IMG/VR virus record: IMGVR_UViG_3300049491_000383
Span: 64,001-128,000 of that record
From: a virus
Reading direction: 5' to 3' (one strand)
Length of the DNA stretch: 64,000 bases
The notes beneath the pieces were generated by a model. The model was given only the letters and a program-made list of their open reading frames with translations, had not been told where the DNA came from and made no database searches. Positions 1-10,390 of the stretch are shown here, piece by piece (positions within the stretch are counted from its first letter, which is position 1; the number at the start of each line of letters is the position of its first letter). Position numbers and translations under genes: made by a program.

Positions 1-216
1 GAGTTTGGTTGCCCACCATTCGTCAACTTGTTCACGCCACTCACGAGAATGCTTTGTGTCACCCTCGATCATATTACGGGGCCAATCAAACATTGATGCA
101 ACTGCGTCCTTTAGACTGGTAGCAAAGCTATCCTTTCTAAAGCCGAATTGATCTGTAAGCTGGTCTGCTACGGTGCTTTTTCCGCAGCCAATAAATCCTG
201 AAATTCCAACGAGCAT
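1..216 (-). CDS. deoxynucleoside monophosphate kinase (T4 gp1-like), N-terminal part; runs off the window
   Basis: Manual translation MLVGISGFIGCGKSTVADQL...SFATSLKDAVASMFDWPR..EGDT..SREWREQVD; P-loop plus dNMP kinase motifs. Confidence 0.8.
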   Translation of the reverse strand, partial: MLVGISGFIGCGKSTVADQLTDQFGFRKDSFATSLKDAVASMFDWPRNMIEGDTKHSREWREQVDEWWATKL

Positions 217-279
217 AAGAAAACCCCTAAGTTAGTTCTTGTAGTTATACAGAACCAGCCTAGGGGTTAGCGTTTTTTG

Positions 280-1032
280 TTAACCGATTACAAACGAATA
301 GCCGTCACTACTTGTAACTAAATCAAGAAGTTGCTTCTCTAGCTTCTCAATTTCAACTTGCGCTTCTTGCTTTAGAGTAGCTCCGTTTAGTGTCACATTA
401 CCGGTTGGACCCGGAAAACCTCCCGGGAATTTGTCTCTTGCCTCACCAAGCATATACTTTGCGTGAGCTGTAGCATAGGAACGCAACCAGGGTCCTGTAT
501 AAGGATCATTGATTAGATCATCTTCCGACTTTCTTGCATAGACGCGAACAACTACTTCCTCGTCAGCTGTTGGTCTACGAATGATTGTCAGCTTATGATT
601 ATTGACATCCCATGTGAAGTTCAATTGGCTTGCAAACACACGTTCTGTCGTCTCAAGGAACTGATTATAAAAATCCCACGTTGCCAATCCACCAGATCTA
701 TTTGGTTGTAGCAAATAGATATTATAGAATGCAGCATCTACCGGGTCGAAATTTATTCCACCGTTTGTGTATGCACCGACACCACGGCGGTATAGACGTC
801 TCACTTCTTGCACTTCTTCGGGGAGAGTGTACTCAACAATGTCTCGTGTAATGTGTAAGAAAATATCCTTCTCGAGATTAGCTCCGTCTGATTGCTGACG
901 CAATTTTTGGAGTCCTAATGTAATGGCAAAATTCAAGTGATCTACGTCTAATTCAACATCAACCATTTGCGCACCGAGGCCAAGCTCGATTTGCTTCATC
1001 AACAAAACTCTAGGGGTAATTTGTGCGGACAT
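280..1032 (-). CDS. neck/head-completion protein (T4 gp13-like)
   Basis: LGAQMVDVEL...LGEARDKF...G.VTLNGATLKQEA resembles jumbo-phage neck proteins; GATAAATA box and GGAG upstream of ATG at 1032. Confidence 0.75.
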   Translation of the reverse strand: MSAQITPRVLLMKQIELGLGAQMVDVELDVDHLNFAITLGLQKLRQQSDGANLEKDIFLHITRDIVEYTLPEEVQEVRRLYRRGVGAYTNGGINFDPVDAAFYNIYLLQPNRSGGLATWDFYNQFLETTERVFASQLNFTWDVNNHKLTIIRRPTADEEVVVRVYARKSEDDLINDPYTGPWLRSYATAHAKYMLGEARDKFPGGFPGPTGNVTLNGATLKQEAQVEIEKLEKQLLDLVTSSDGYSFVIG

Positions 1033-1062
1033 TGTGTATCTTCTCCAGCGATACACTATTTA

Positions 1063-1536
1063 TCAGATCTCCCAAGTCATTCCAATCTTGTGGGCAATGG
1101 CCATAGCGGCTGCATCATCCATTGCATTATGAATTTGGAGATTATATTCCTTGAAGATATAGTTGGCATCGTCATCCATGATAACAAATTTGAAGTAATC
1201 GCTTCTGCTTAGATTTTCGGGCCAACATTCGGAAAGTAAACTTTCAAGGTGCGGACGATCCCAGGAGATATTATCAAGTGCTAGAATGCAATCGGGTCCC
1301 CGATCTTCAATCCAGTTGCCAATGTTTAGAGCACACTCATATCTGGTCATGCGATATTTTCCACCCTTAAGGTAGGGAAGAACATGAAGCTTAACAAAGT
1401 CTGAACAATCCTTTAACTCGTATGTATCGGTTAATTCGGCATAAAAGAATTCCCCATCCTCAGATACCAGGGCAATGCTAATAAGCTTATTCCCCGGAAT
1501 CAAATCTGTAAATTCTGTATCCAAAAACAACTTCAT
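1063..1536 (-). CDS. DEDDh 3'-5' exoribonuclease (Rv2179c-like)
   Basis: FLDTEFT...LISIALV...HNAMDDA motifs. Confidence 0.8.
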   Translation of the reverse strand: MKLFLDTEFTDLIPGNKLISIALVSEDGEFFYAELTDTYELKDCSDFVKLHVLPYLKGGKYRMTRYECALNIGNWIEDRGPDCILALDNISWDRPHLESLLSECWPENLSRSDYFKFVIMDDDANYIFKEYNLQIHNAMDDAAAMAIAHKIGMTWEI

Positions 1537-2690
1537 TTGTCTATCCTAAGTATAACATGATGCTCATTGAGCTTGCCCTGTGCAGGTATATCTACAGTGC
1601 TTAAATCCTTCAAAAAGGTGCGAAGCTTCACCTTGCTTGCCTTCTTAAACTCTGCAAGAGTCTCTACGGGCTTACGTACAGTTTTTTCTGCAGAATCAGA
1701 TGAATAATTCTCTAAACTAGCGCCTTTAACAAGTAGGCCGCGCTCGTCAAGTGCCTTGTATTGGGCAATCTTACGTGTCTTTGTATTATACACCCAAACT
1801 TCTTTAGATCCAATGATCTGAATGGGACTCATGCTAACAATACCAAGAGATGTATCTTCCTTCTTATATTTGAGTTTGGATACTAACTTCTCTTGTGACA
1901 CCGGCTTCTTCTTACGTGGTGCTCGTTCAACCTTTGCCACTTCTTGCATCATAACACATGCACCAAGTATGTTCTTATAGAATTGACTGAACTTCTTTAA
2001 CTCGGGCTTTGTAAAATTGGAGTAACCTTCGTTTAAGTCTTTATCCTTACCTTCGACTGCAAGTTCAATCTCATTCGATCTACGTTCAAAAATTGTATGC
2101 ATGAATCTAACGTGTGGAGCCTTCAATTCATTTGCCTTAAACAGGTTTACAAATTCTTCTACAGTCTTTGGTTGTGCAGTCTTGCGTGCAAGGTAGTAAT
2201 CATCTATCCACCCCTCCACTTCCCCCGCAACCTCCCGTGTTTTTTCTTTGAGACGGTCTTGTATCGTAATAGTAGAAATTGTAGTAGACGCTTTTCCGAC
2301 CTCGCTATCAGCAACCTTTGGCGAGTTTTTTTCCTTCGTGGTGAGTCTGGTTTCTTCTTCTTCAATTGTCCTCTCCAGTGCTGGCATCATTCCTGCAAAG
2401 ATATCTTCGGGAAGTTCGCCGGCGTGGTTGAGTACATACATATACTTACCGATGGTACCAAACCTGTTCTCATCCATATCCTTAATACGGTCAAGAAATG
2501 AATGCTTCGCATCAAGTGTTTTTAGGTACTTGACAACTTCTTTCTTTAATTCAGCAGAAGTCAATTCATAGTGCGCGTACATCATCGCACCCTGATAGTT
2601 GGATCTGAAATATTTGTTAGTCTTTACTACCGTTGACCAGATTGGCTTGGGCCAACTAGCGTAAGAAGTAATCTTTTTCTTGCCTGCCAT
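1533..2690 (-). CDS. conserved hypothetical phage protein
   Basis: 385-aa ORF, ATGA-coupled to the next gene. Confidence 0.7.
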   Translation of the reverse strand: MAGKKKITSYASWPKPIWSTVVKTNKYFRSNYQGAMMYAHYELTSAELKKEVVKYLKTLDAKHSFLDRIKDMDENRFGTIGKYMYVLNHAGELPEDIFAGMMPALERTIEEEETRLTTKEKNSPKVADSEVGKASTTISTITIQDRLKEKTREVAGEVEGWIDDYYLARKTAQPKTVEEFVNLFKANELKAPHVRFMHTIFERRSNEIELAVEGKDKDLNEGYSNFTKPELKKFSQFYKNILGACVMMQEVAKVERAPRKKKPVSQEKLVSKLKYKKEDTSLGIVSMSPIQIIGSKEVWVYNTKTRKIAQYKALDERGLLVKGASLENYSSDSAEKTVRKPVETLAEFKKASKVKLRTFLKDLSTVDIPAQGKLNEHHVILRIDK

Positions 2691-2792
2691 GTTAATATCC
2701 TCGTGATACTTAGCTATTTTAGCTATACATAAAACAGAAACGCAACTAATCTTGGTTTAGTTGCGTTTTAGGATATTAAATCGGGGAAGAAT

Positions 2793-2960
2793 TTAGTCGT
2801 CTGCGAGCCTCTTTTCGTCTCGCTTTTCCTTCTTTTTCTTGGTGTTGTGCGCGCCTGCGCCGCTAGTTTGTGCGTTCTTTGCTACAAAATTTCGAGGTGG
2901 AAGTGCCTTAGCTACAACCTTCTTGGCGGGCTTGGCTTCAAACAGTTCAAATAATCTCAT
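2793..2960 (-). CDS. small basic late protein (55 aa, MRLFELFEAK...)
   Basis: Manual ORF with GGAG SD; late box at ~3058-3065. Confidence 0.6.
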   Translation of the reverse strand: MRLFELFEAKPAKKVVAKALPPRNFVAKNAQTSGAGAHNTKKKKEKRDEKRLADD

Positions 2961-3082
2961 AGCTTCTCCGTCTTAGAAAAATGCAGGAGTGGTAGCGAAT
3001 CACTCCTGCACGACGCCTGATCGGCGTAACAACGGTCCTAAAGGTAGTTGTTAATTGTATTTATCAAAACTTCTGAAAATTA

Positions 3083-3457
3083 TTAACCGGCCGTTTTCTT
3101 GTGACGCAAGTATCCTTCGAGTAGCTCTCGAATATTTTCTGAACCAATTGGGTTCTTGCTGTGAACTGTGAAGCTGAAGTTTGCCGGCATGGTTTTTGTA
3201 TCCATGTCATATTCAACAAGCCACTTAGCAAAATCGAAACCAGTCTTACCATCGTCGTAATCACCGGCATAATGGTCCATACCCAAGTCGTGATCAAAAC
3301 TAATCACATCCGGGAAGCCGTTCTCTAATACCCACTCCTTTGCTTCTTCGAGACTGCGAACAATCTCCCAGGTCGCACCCCAGCTACCGACTCCACCAAT
3401 AAGGACCCAGGTAACATCTTTCGGGAATCGTTCATCATCAAGGAAAAGGTACTTCAT
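3083..3457 (-). CDS. cyclic-phosphate-processing receiver-like domain protein
   Basis: LFLDDER...ISFDHDLG...TGFDFAKWL...VHSKNPIG motifs. Confidence 0.7.
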   Translation of the reverse strand: MKYLFLDDERFPKDVTWVLIGGVGSWGATWEIVRSLEEAKEWVLENGFPDVISFDHDLGMDHYAGDYDDGKTGFDFAKWLVEYDMDTKTMPANFSFTVHSKNPIGSENIRELLEGYLRHKKTAG

Positions 3458-3465
3458 ACCTTACT

Positions 3466-4323
3466 TTACTCGGGTTTGGTATTGCCTGTCAAGCGAATCT
3501 TGGTGTTGGCTACTTCTACTTCTCTAAGAACAGACAATCTTTCATTTACATCATATCCGATAATAGCCTTTACATCCTTAGGGAAGCAAGAACCACCATA
3601 CCCAAATTGACCATCTGGTCCAGGTACTAGGCTGTGACTATATCCAATGCGTAAATCCGTCTCAAGTATATCTGTAAATGCTTTCCATGTTTCGGGATGG
3701 ATTGGCGACTTCTCATACATATCGGCATAGAGTTGATATAGTTGATTCATAAATACAACCTTGCTGGCCAGGAATGTGTTTATTGCATACTTGGCAAGAG
3801 CAGCTTCTTTATAATCGCAAATATGAAATCTAGCATGTCGAATATGCGAATGATTTCTATATGCCTCTTCGAGCTCTTTGCAATCGTGGAACTCGCCAGC
3901 CATAATAATGTGTGGTGGCTTTAATGCATCTTCTTCCCAATAATCCTGACGCAAGAATTCGGGAGAATATACGTATCGTAGTGGCCCTTCCTTGTTGAAG
4001 ATTTTAGCCTTGCCGAATTTTACGTATAAATCGTGAACTACATCAGGTGGCAAAGTGCTCTTTAGCACTACGAGACCATCGTATTTTATGTCTGCTAATT
4101 GCTGGAAAACGTCGTAAATAATGCCTGCATCAACGCTTCTGTCATCTAGTGTAGGTGCGTTAATTGCCACAAAAGTGAGGCGCGGCCTAAACAAAGCCAA
4201 ATCCTCAATTCTATTCTCTGAATAAAGTGGATCGATGATAATGGCTTCACAGTTATGTTCAAAGGCCTTATGACATGCCTTTCCCACAAAACCATAACCT
4301 ATGAATGCTACTGAATTTAACAT
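3466..4323 (-). CDS. UDP-glucose/GDP-mannose 6-dehydrogenase family
   Basis: GYGFVG Rossmann motif, KST, SPEFLR, KYAINTFLA, GYGGSCFPKD. Confidence 0.9.
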   Translation of the reverse strand: MLNSVAFIGYGFVGKACHKAFEHNCEAIIIDPLYSENRIEDLALFRPRLTFVAINAPTLDDRSVDAGIIYDVFQQLADIKYDGLVVLKSTLPPDVVHDLYVKFGKAKIFNKEGPLRYVYSPEFLRQDYWEEDALKPPHIIMAGEFHDCKELEEAYRNHSHIRHARFHICDYKEAALAKYAINTFLASKVVFMNQLYQLYADMYEKSPIHPETWKAFTDILETDLRIGYSHSLVPGPDGQFGYGGSCFPKDVKAIIGYDVNERLSVLREVEVANTKIRLTGNTKPE

Positions 4324-4625
4324 TTATCTTACCTCAAAATTGTGTATAAGTCGTGGCGTTAGCACTAAGAAATGGCGTAGGCATTACACAAATCAAAAAA
4401 AATGCGGTAGCAAGTTTCCAAGCTACCGCACAAAGCATGCACCTAGGCACCCCACCTAAGCTCCCCGCCCTGTATTGCGGAACCTCCGCGGTTACATTCC
4501 CTATATAGAGGAAAGTGCCGCACCATCCTTAATAGACGTATGGAAGCCGTCGACAGCTTTTGATCCAGGAACGCTACGTATTGATTACAGGTACTCATCC
4601 GGCCCTATAAGACCACATGCTACAA

Positions 4626-5021
4626 CTATTTCAACACACCAATTGTATAATATGCTTCGCACTGGACTTTAGCCAATGCCTCGATCTTCTCATCATACGG
4701 AATATCATCCTCTGGAGGCTTCTTACCGTAGATCCTTGACGTTATCTTGTCAAAGTTATGTATCAAATCGTACAGATTGTTCTGTGCAATCTTGGCGTAC
4801 GATTTTGTCTGTTTCTTGATGTAGTCTTCGACGCAGACTCGTATTTTCTCTTCCTTCTCGACTAAGTCAATCAATCCCTCTAATCCGATTGAGTTAGACT
4901 TATCAAATAAGTTACTAACTTCAATCGGATTCAAAGTTTCGATATTTAAGTCAGAGCTTTCTGCGTATGAATTTACGGAAAAAGCAAGCAGCAGAGAAAA
5001 TATTATTCTTCTCATTATCAA
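4626..5021 (-). CDS. exported hypothetical protein
   Basis: N-terminal signal-peptide-like segment. Confidence 0.55.
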   Translation of the reverse strand: MIMRRIIFSLLLAFSVNSYAESSDLNIETLNPIEVSNLFDKSNSIGLEGLIDLVEKEEKIRVCVEDYIKKQTKSYAKIAQNNLYDLIHNFDKITSRIYGKKPPEDDIPYDEKIEALAKVQCEAYYTIGVLK

Positions 5022-5047
5022 ACGAAAGGGGCACTAGGCCCCGATCA

Positions 5048-6070
5048 TTAGACTTCTTCGTCGGTGCCGGCCTTGACAATTTTCAGTTGCGCCTTCTTCT
5101 GGCGCACGTTCTTCTCGACTTGTTCTTCGGCTTGTTCCAGGGTCAGATTCTCATACTCAACCCATTCGCCGTGAACACGTTGCAGGTCGTACAGTTGTTC
5201 ATCATCAACAACTTCTTCATCAGGCTCGTCGCCGTCTTCATGTACAACACCAGTAGAAAACGGCCACGCAGCTACTTGAGCAGCAGGAGCAACATACTTG
5301 TTGACTGGTGCCTGTGGCTTGCTGTAATCGCCGTTGACAGCCTTGGTGAATGCAACCGCTGGGTCACCTTCAACTTCAGCCACAACTTCATAGGCGCAGC
5401 AACGACCCTTGGCGCCATTGTAGTCGGTAGGGATGCTAACGACGTCGGCAGGATTGATCTTCAGGATCATCACTGGCTCGCTACCGCTACCAAAGTGACC
5501 CAGATAGCTTTCGCTGCAGAAATGCAGACCACTGGAGCAATGCGAATCCGGATTGTCATCGACGCCGTTGCGATCCATTTCCACGAATGCGCCAACGCTG
5601 TTATCGATTGTGCCGGTATGCTTGTCCTTGTAGTTGGAGCCAACACGCTTGTATGCGAGGAAATAGCCGTCTTCGGTGATCGGAAGCTTATTCTTTTCCA
5701 GGAAGCCGTAGACTTGATCCACGGAACGCTTGGATGGGTTGTCCATCAAGTTTTCCATGAAGCGCACCATCGGATCAATCGGGAATCCGTCTTGGTACAT
5801 TTCGATCATGCGTGTTGCCAGTGCATTGTGGAACGGCTTGCCCTTCCACAAAACCTTGTTGTCTTCGATCGACACGTAGCCGTAACCAAAGTTGACGATT
5901 GCCTTCTTCGGCTCAACTAGGTCGCGCAGGGCGTCCCAATCCTGGGCCTTGAGTGCATCGACAATCTTACCGTAGGCAATGTGTGTGTCTTTTGACACGG
6001 TATGAGATTTTCCATCCACAACTAAAATAATATTGCGACCCTGGAGTAAATAAGGCACTGCGTTTGTCAT
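5048..6070 (-). CDS. rIIB: rIIB-like protein
   Basis: FMENLMDNPS...PITEDGYFLAYK...CSSGLHFC...INPADVVSIPTDYNGAKGRCCAYEV; downstream of rIIA. Confidence 0.9.
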   Translation of the reverse strand: MTNAVPYLLQGRNIILVVDGKSHTVSKDTHIAYGKIVDALKAQDWDALRDLVEPKKAIVNFGYGYVSIEDNKVLWKGKPFHNALATRMIEMYQDGFPIDPMVRFMENLMDNPSKRSVDQVYGFLEKNKLPITEDGYFLAYKRVGSNYKDKHTGTIDNSVGAFVEMDRNGVDDNPDSHCSSGLHFCSESYLGHFGSGSEPVMILKINPADVVSIPTDYNGAKGRCCAYEVVAEVEGDPAVAFTKAVNGDYSKPQAPVNKYVAPAAQVAAWPFSTGVVHEDGDEPDEEVVDDEQLYDLQRVHGEWVEYENLTLEQAEEQVEKNVRQKKAQLKIVKAGTDEEV

Positions 6071-6079
6071 AATAAATCC

Positions 6080-6805
6080 TCAATCTGTGTTAATTAAAAT
6101 ACGCCATTTTTTCGATGTTTTTTGAGCACCGCTTACCAATGCATATACATCAACTGGTGTCAGTTTAGCATATGCCCTAAATTGTTGTCTAGTACCTTCA
6201 TAGATTTCATTAGTTTTTATATGCTGAAATCTAAAGATAATCATATCTATTTTCTGAACACGTAGTTTACCTTTACGTGTAGCCAATGCTTTTTCTTTTA
6301 TCCCCGGGCGATGCATAGGATTCTTATCACCTACCATATGCGGAGCTTCAATACCGACCAAAGAATCACTAAGTTTTTTCTTAGTTTCAGCCTTCATTGG
6401 ACCTTTCTTTATTCCCTTATTTCTACTCTTACCTAAATTCGATGCACTAATCTTTTCTTTTACTTCATTTGGTCTAGGTTTACCAAAATTTACATTATTC
6501 TCGCCACTTGTCGATTCCGAATGTTTTCTTCTTAACCATCCATATAATTTATTGGTCGGTCTATTGCCACCTGTATTCATACACATCATTACCGCTGCTT
6601 TTATCAATCCATATTCTGATGGATAAATTTTTACCAGTAATTGATGTGCTAGATAATGTTCTTCCGGAGTTAGATCAACTAAATTTTCTACAGAATTATC
6701 GCCATTCATACATTTTGGTATAATGTGGTGAGATTCGGTATAGATATCTAATTTTCTATCTTTTGCTCGGTTGATAAGATTTTCATAGATGAGTTTATAA
6801 TTCAT
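6080..6805 (-). mobile_element. free-standing HNH homing endonuclease with NUMOD3 repeats, between rIIA and rIIB
   Basis: ESHHIIPKCMNG...NLVDLTPEEHYLAHQLL; KEKIS/ETKKKLS repeats; more AT-rich than flanking genes. Confidence 0.85.
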
Positions 6806-6829
6806 CTTTTATTTATCTTCTACCTTGTA

Positions 6830-8992
6830 TTAGGTGTGGGATTGTTTATCAACCATTGTGATGTACGCGGCAATATCGGCTTCAGTGATGTCACTTTGGC
6901 CTTCTCTGATGATCTTCAAGAGCGGATACTTCTTGTAAAGCGCCGTCTTTGAATCTTCAATCTTCTTCTTTACTGTATCAACTTGCACGGATTTACCGTA
7001 CGAGCCACAGAGTGTCACTAATTGTGTCACGTTTCCTTGAACACGTGGTACGCCACCGATATCGGTAACATATTTAGCGTAGTCGGAATCGGTCCCAACC
7101 ATCTTTGCGACCTTCTTATTAGTATAGACTTTGTTGTAATAGGAGTCAAGCATCTCCGCGACAACCAGAGACGTGATGTGCTTGTCGGAGATTTTCGCCG
7201 TTTCCTCTTTCAACTTGTCCTCAAACCAGACCCAATTGTCCAATTCTTTGATTTCTGCAATTCGACTCTTACGAACGCCAAGAATTCTGATATCCTGGAT
7301 GTCCTTGACTCCACATTCGTCCATCATTGCCTTGGTGGCAAAGAGCGGAATAGATGTTGATCCGTCCAGAGACGTGGGTTCGTGGTTGCTCAGCGCCACG
7401 TAATAGTACGTCACGTTCTCGTCCAATTCTTCGCGGAACGGTTCCCACATGTACGAATCCATGTAACCGGGGCGTGCTTGCGACTTCAGGCGAATATACA
7501 TGATACCCTGGGAAGACACCGGCTTTGCCCGAGCCTGTTTTTCAAGTGTGCTCGCTTTCAGGATGGTCGGAGGATTGTGCAATTCGGCAATGAGCTTGTC
7601 GTATTCGACTTGACGCACTGCCGGATCCGGATCCGAATGAGAAATACAATAAACTTGTCCTTCGGTACGAAGCGTATTGAAGTGATATCGAGCACGCGAC
7701 ATGCAGCCAGTCTTCAAGTCATTCAAGACTAAGACAACAGTCTTCTCAACAGGAATCTGCCAGGCCTTAACATAGTTTGATGCACCATTTACCGGAGACT
7801 TCACATATGAAGAATGCTCAGTCATCTTGCTGGTGGAGCCGTGACGCGCTCGGAAAGCCTGCACGGTAAGTCCACGAGCGGCCAAATCATCCACTGTGTA
7901 TTCAAAAACCTTCACGCCATAGTGACCCTTAAGATCATACAGCGGAAACTTTGTATCAGCAACGTATTTGTCAACGGCGGCCTGGTAGAGTCGGCTTTCT
8001 CGTTCCTTGTACAGATAGAAAGCACGATCCCACAGTCCGGGAATTGCGTCAGCCTTGGCTGCCAAATGCTTTGCTAGGTTTGCATTCAGCAGTTCCAGCT
8101 TTGCTTTGATGCTGTTGATAGTCAGCGTGACGTAACTAAGTTGTTCTCTGGATGCAGCAAAGTCCAGATCGCCGATTCCAAACTCCAAAACAAGGCCGCA
8201 TTCGAGCAAGCTGGCAACACTACCAATGTTCTTGCTAGGATCCGGAATGTTGTTCAACGGATAGGCAATGTTGCCCATCAGCGCCATGCTGGCGTCGTGG
8301 TTGTAACCGCTCTTGGTGCGATAATGCACACCAGGAACAATATCCTTTTCCACATATTCGATGTTGCGGTGGTTGAATGATTCCACACCAGTGATAATCG
8401 GCTTCTTGTCGAACCATGCAAATACGGTATGTGCTTCGTTACGGAAGGACTGATAATCGTTGCGATCGGTAACGCTGAACTTAACTTCGACTCCGTTACC
8501 TTCGGTGGTGTCCGAAACAGCCATTTCCGCGATAGACGGGACACCGGATTCGTTGATGAATGCACTATAAATGCGTTGCTTGCCGTCCTTGATAGCAGTG
8601 ACGGTAAAGTTTTCCGTGTAACTGAAGGGTGACTTGGAACCAAGGCCCAGGGCGCCAATAAACGCATTGGAGTCAGTCTTGGTAGATTCAAAATAGGTGG
8701 TGTAAATGTTGACAACCTGATTGGCGTCAAGTCCCATACCAAAGTCCTTTACCGCAAACCACGGCTCAAGGATGGTGGGAAGATGTACTTCAAAGGGAAC
8801 ATCAGCCTTACCTGCGCCAACGTGGCTGTCTACTGCATTGCAGGAAAGCTCACGAATAATAGCGCGGATTTTGTTGGAGTAAAGTCCGTCCGAAAGGATC
8901 TTAAATGCCTTAGCGGAATTGCGGATCTTGAATTCACCGGTAGTGCCCACATTGGACAGAACTACCTCATTTACGTCAGCTGCAAGCTTCAT
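6830..8992 (-). CDS. rIIA: rIIA-like protein (N-terminal GHKL ATPase)
   Basis: ILSDGLYSNKIRAIIRELSCNAVDSH, DFGMGL, GALGLGSKSPFSY. Confidence 0.92.
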   Translation of the reverse strand: MKLAADVNEVVLSNVGTTGEFKIRNSAKAFKILSDGLYSNKIRAIIRELSCNAVDSHVGAGKADVPFEVHLPTILEPWFAVKDFGMGLDANQVVNIYTTYFESTKTDSNAFIGALGLGSKSPFSYTENFTVTAIKDGKQRIYSAFINESGVPSIAEMAVSDTTEGNGVEVKFSVTDRNDYQSFRNEAHTVFAWFDKKPIITGVESFNHRNIEYVEKDIVPGVHYRTKSGYNHDASMALMGNIAYPLNNIPDPSKNIGSVASLLECGLVLEFGIGDLDFAASREQLSYVTLTINSIKAKLELLNANLAKHLAAKADAIPGLWDRAFYLYKERESRLYQAAVDKYVADTKFPLYDLKGHYGVKVFEYTVDDLAARGLTVQAFRARHGSTSKMTEHSSYVKSPVNGASNYVKAWQIPVEKTVVLVLNDLKTGCMSRARYHFNTLRTEGQVYCISHSDPDPAVRQVEYDKLIAELHNPPTILKASTLEKQARAKPVSSQGIMYIRLKSQARPGYMDSYMWEPFREELDENVTYYYVALSNHEPTSLDGSTSIPLFATKAMMDECGVKDIQDIRILGVRKSRIAEIKELDNWVWFEDKLKEETAKISDKHITSLVVAEMLDSYYNKVYTNKKVAKMVGTDSDYAKYVTDIGGVPRVQGNVTQLVTLCGSYGKSVQVDTVKKKIEDSKTALYKKYPLLKIIREGQSDITEADIAAYITMVDKQSHT

Positions 8993-9026
8993 TGTGTGTC
9001 ATCTTTCTGTGTTAACAATGTCTCTC

Positions 9027-9057
9027 TATTATGTATGTGTTACAGATCTATGTCAAC
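9027..9057 (-). promoter_or_regulatory. sigma70-type early promoter of rIIA
   Basis: TTGACA-17 nt-CATAAT on the minus strand. Confidence 0.65.
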
Positions 9058-9118
9058 TGGATAAATAGTAGTCTATGCGGAAATAGTTCCACATATTAGA
9101 GTAAAGGAGAGGCCCATT

Positions 9119-9535
9119 ATGGGAAGACCTATTCAGAAAAAGTGGTTCGGTCCATCCGCTACAGCCGGTAACCAAATCGTCGTAAATGGTGTGCGTTGGG
9201 CAGACAACACAACATCAACAAGTGCCTACATTGTTAAGCAAACAGGTTTCAACGCCTATGTTGTAAGCAATGGTACAAAGAATGAAATCGTATTCATGGT
9301 AAATGCAAACGCAGTTGGAGCATTGCTTCCGGGCCAGTGTTTCATTACAGCAACACCGTTCGGTGGTGCAGCACTTCCATGCTACAAGATTGCACAGTTC
9401 CGCGTTGATATCTTCAACGTAGCAAATGCAGTTCCACGTGAGACAGGAGCTCCAGTTCCTGATGGAACAACAAGCTATAGCTGGTCAACCCAGCCTGCTG
9501 TTGCACCTGGACAAGCAGATTTGAACTTGGCGTAA
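9119..9535 (+). CDS. late-expressed hypothetical (possible virion) protein
   Basis: GATAAATA at 9060, AAGGAG SD, terminator downstream. Confidence 0.6.
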   Translation: MGRPIQKKWFGPSATAGNQIVVNGVRWADNTTSTSAYIVKQTGFNAYVVSNGTKNEIVFMVNANAVGALLPGQCFITATPFGGAALPCYKIAQFRVDIFNVANAVPRETGAPVPDGTTSYSWSTQPAVAPGQADLNLA

Positions 9536-9550
9536 TATCCACAGTCAAAA

Positions 9551-9575
9551 TAAAAGGGCCCTTGCGGCCCTTTTC
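9551..9575. terminator. bidirectional intrinsic terminator
   Basis: AAAAGGGCC-cttgc-GGCCCTTTT between convergent genes. Confidence 0.75.
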
Positions 9576-9591
9576 CTTTTGGAAGATTAAT

Positions 9592-9912
9592 CTACCGTTC
9601 TTTCATTACTTTACGAATAATGTATTCGTCGTTTGGACTGTATGTCTTCATCTTCTTTTCTAGACGATTCATAAAGTCAAAATCCGGAGCTATAAAATAA
9701 TAGTCTCCGGATTCTTCTTTAGCTTTGCTCATGATTCCTGCTAGAACACAAATTAGATATTCTGCTTCATCTGTAAATGTAATTGTTGCTGTTGATGGTT
9801 GTCCATCAAATGACAATGATGAATTCTTAATGCCATGGCAACGCATCAACCAGCCGATGAGTTCTAGCTCTCTGGTCGGTACTTTGACTTTTCTTTCAAA
9901 AATTGTTTCCAT
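9592..9912 (-). CDS. hypothetical protein
   Basis: 106-aa ORF in the operon direction. Confidence 0.55.
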   Translation of the reverse strand: METIFERKVKVPTRELELIGWLMRCHGIKNSSLSFDGQPSTATITFTDEAEYLICVLAGIMSKAKEESGDYYFIAPDFDFMNRLEKKMKTYSPNDEYIIRKVMKER

Positions 9913-9920
9913 TGTAGTTT

Positions 9921-9995
9921 TGGTCCCGCTTGCAGGAATCGAACCTGCGTCTAAGGTTTAGGAAACCCCTATACTCTCCACTGTACTAAAGCGAG
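9921..9995 (-). tRNA. tRNA-Arg(CCU)
   Basis: Cloverleaf, loop UUCCUAA, GUUCGA T-loop, CCA. Confidence 0.9.
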
Positions 9996-10000
9996 TTATT

Positions 10001-10090
10001 TGGAGGAAGATAATGGAATCGAACCATCCCCTGTTCTTCACAAAGGGCCGAGTTTTCGAGGCTCGTTATCGCCCAGCGATGCTATCTTCC
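10001..10090 (-). tRNA. tRNA-Ser(CGA), atypical D arm
   Basis: Loop CUCGAAA, long variable arm, CCA. Confidence 0.8.
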
Positions 10091-10210
10091 AGTTAACTAT
10101 TTATCCCAATTCGAAGAGAATTTCCTGCAACAAGTGAAGCCATACAAATCCGTTGATTATCGCTAGTATAACTATCGCTGCAAGTAACGCAAACCATTCA
10201 AGACCCGACA

Positions 10211-10381
10211 TTATCTTCTCTCGTCGTAGTCATGGTCTCGATCGAACTGTTCTTCTCGGTCCCGCTGGTGTTTTCTTTCCGCAGGATCGTCTTTCTTAAA
10301 TCTTCGAGGACCTCTTTTTGTATCCTCGTAATCGTCATCATCGTAATCGTAATCTTCGTCTGACGGTGATCTTCTTGGCAT
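10211..10381 (-). CDS. small highly charged protein (56 aa)
   Basis: Manual ORF MPRRSPSDEDYDYDDD... with AGAGGA SD. Confidence 0.55.
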   Translation of the reverse strand: MPRRSPSDEDYDYDDDDYEDTKRGPRRFKKDDPAERKHQRDREEQFDRDHDYDERR

Positions 10382-10390
10382 ATCCTCTAA

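Noticed and set aside
4967-5920. 317-aa plus-strand ORF
   Set aside because: Antisense shadow of rIIB caused by codon bias; no recognisable motifs
6080-6805. Group I intron around the HNH gene
   Set aside because: rIIA and rIIB are each intact and flanks are under 30 nt, leaving no room for an intron core
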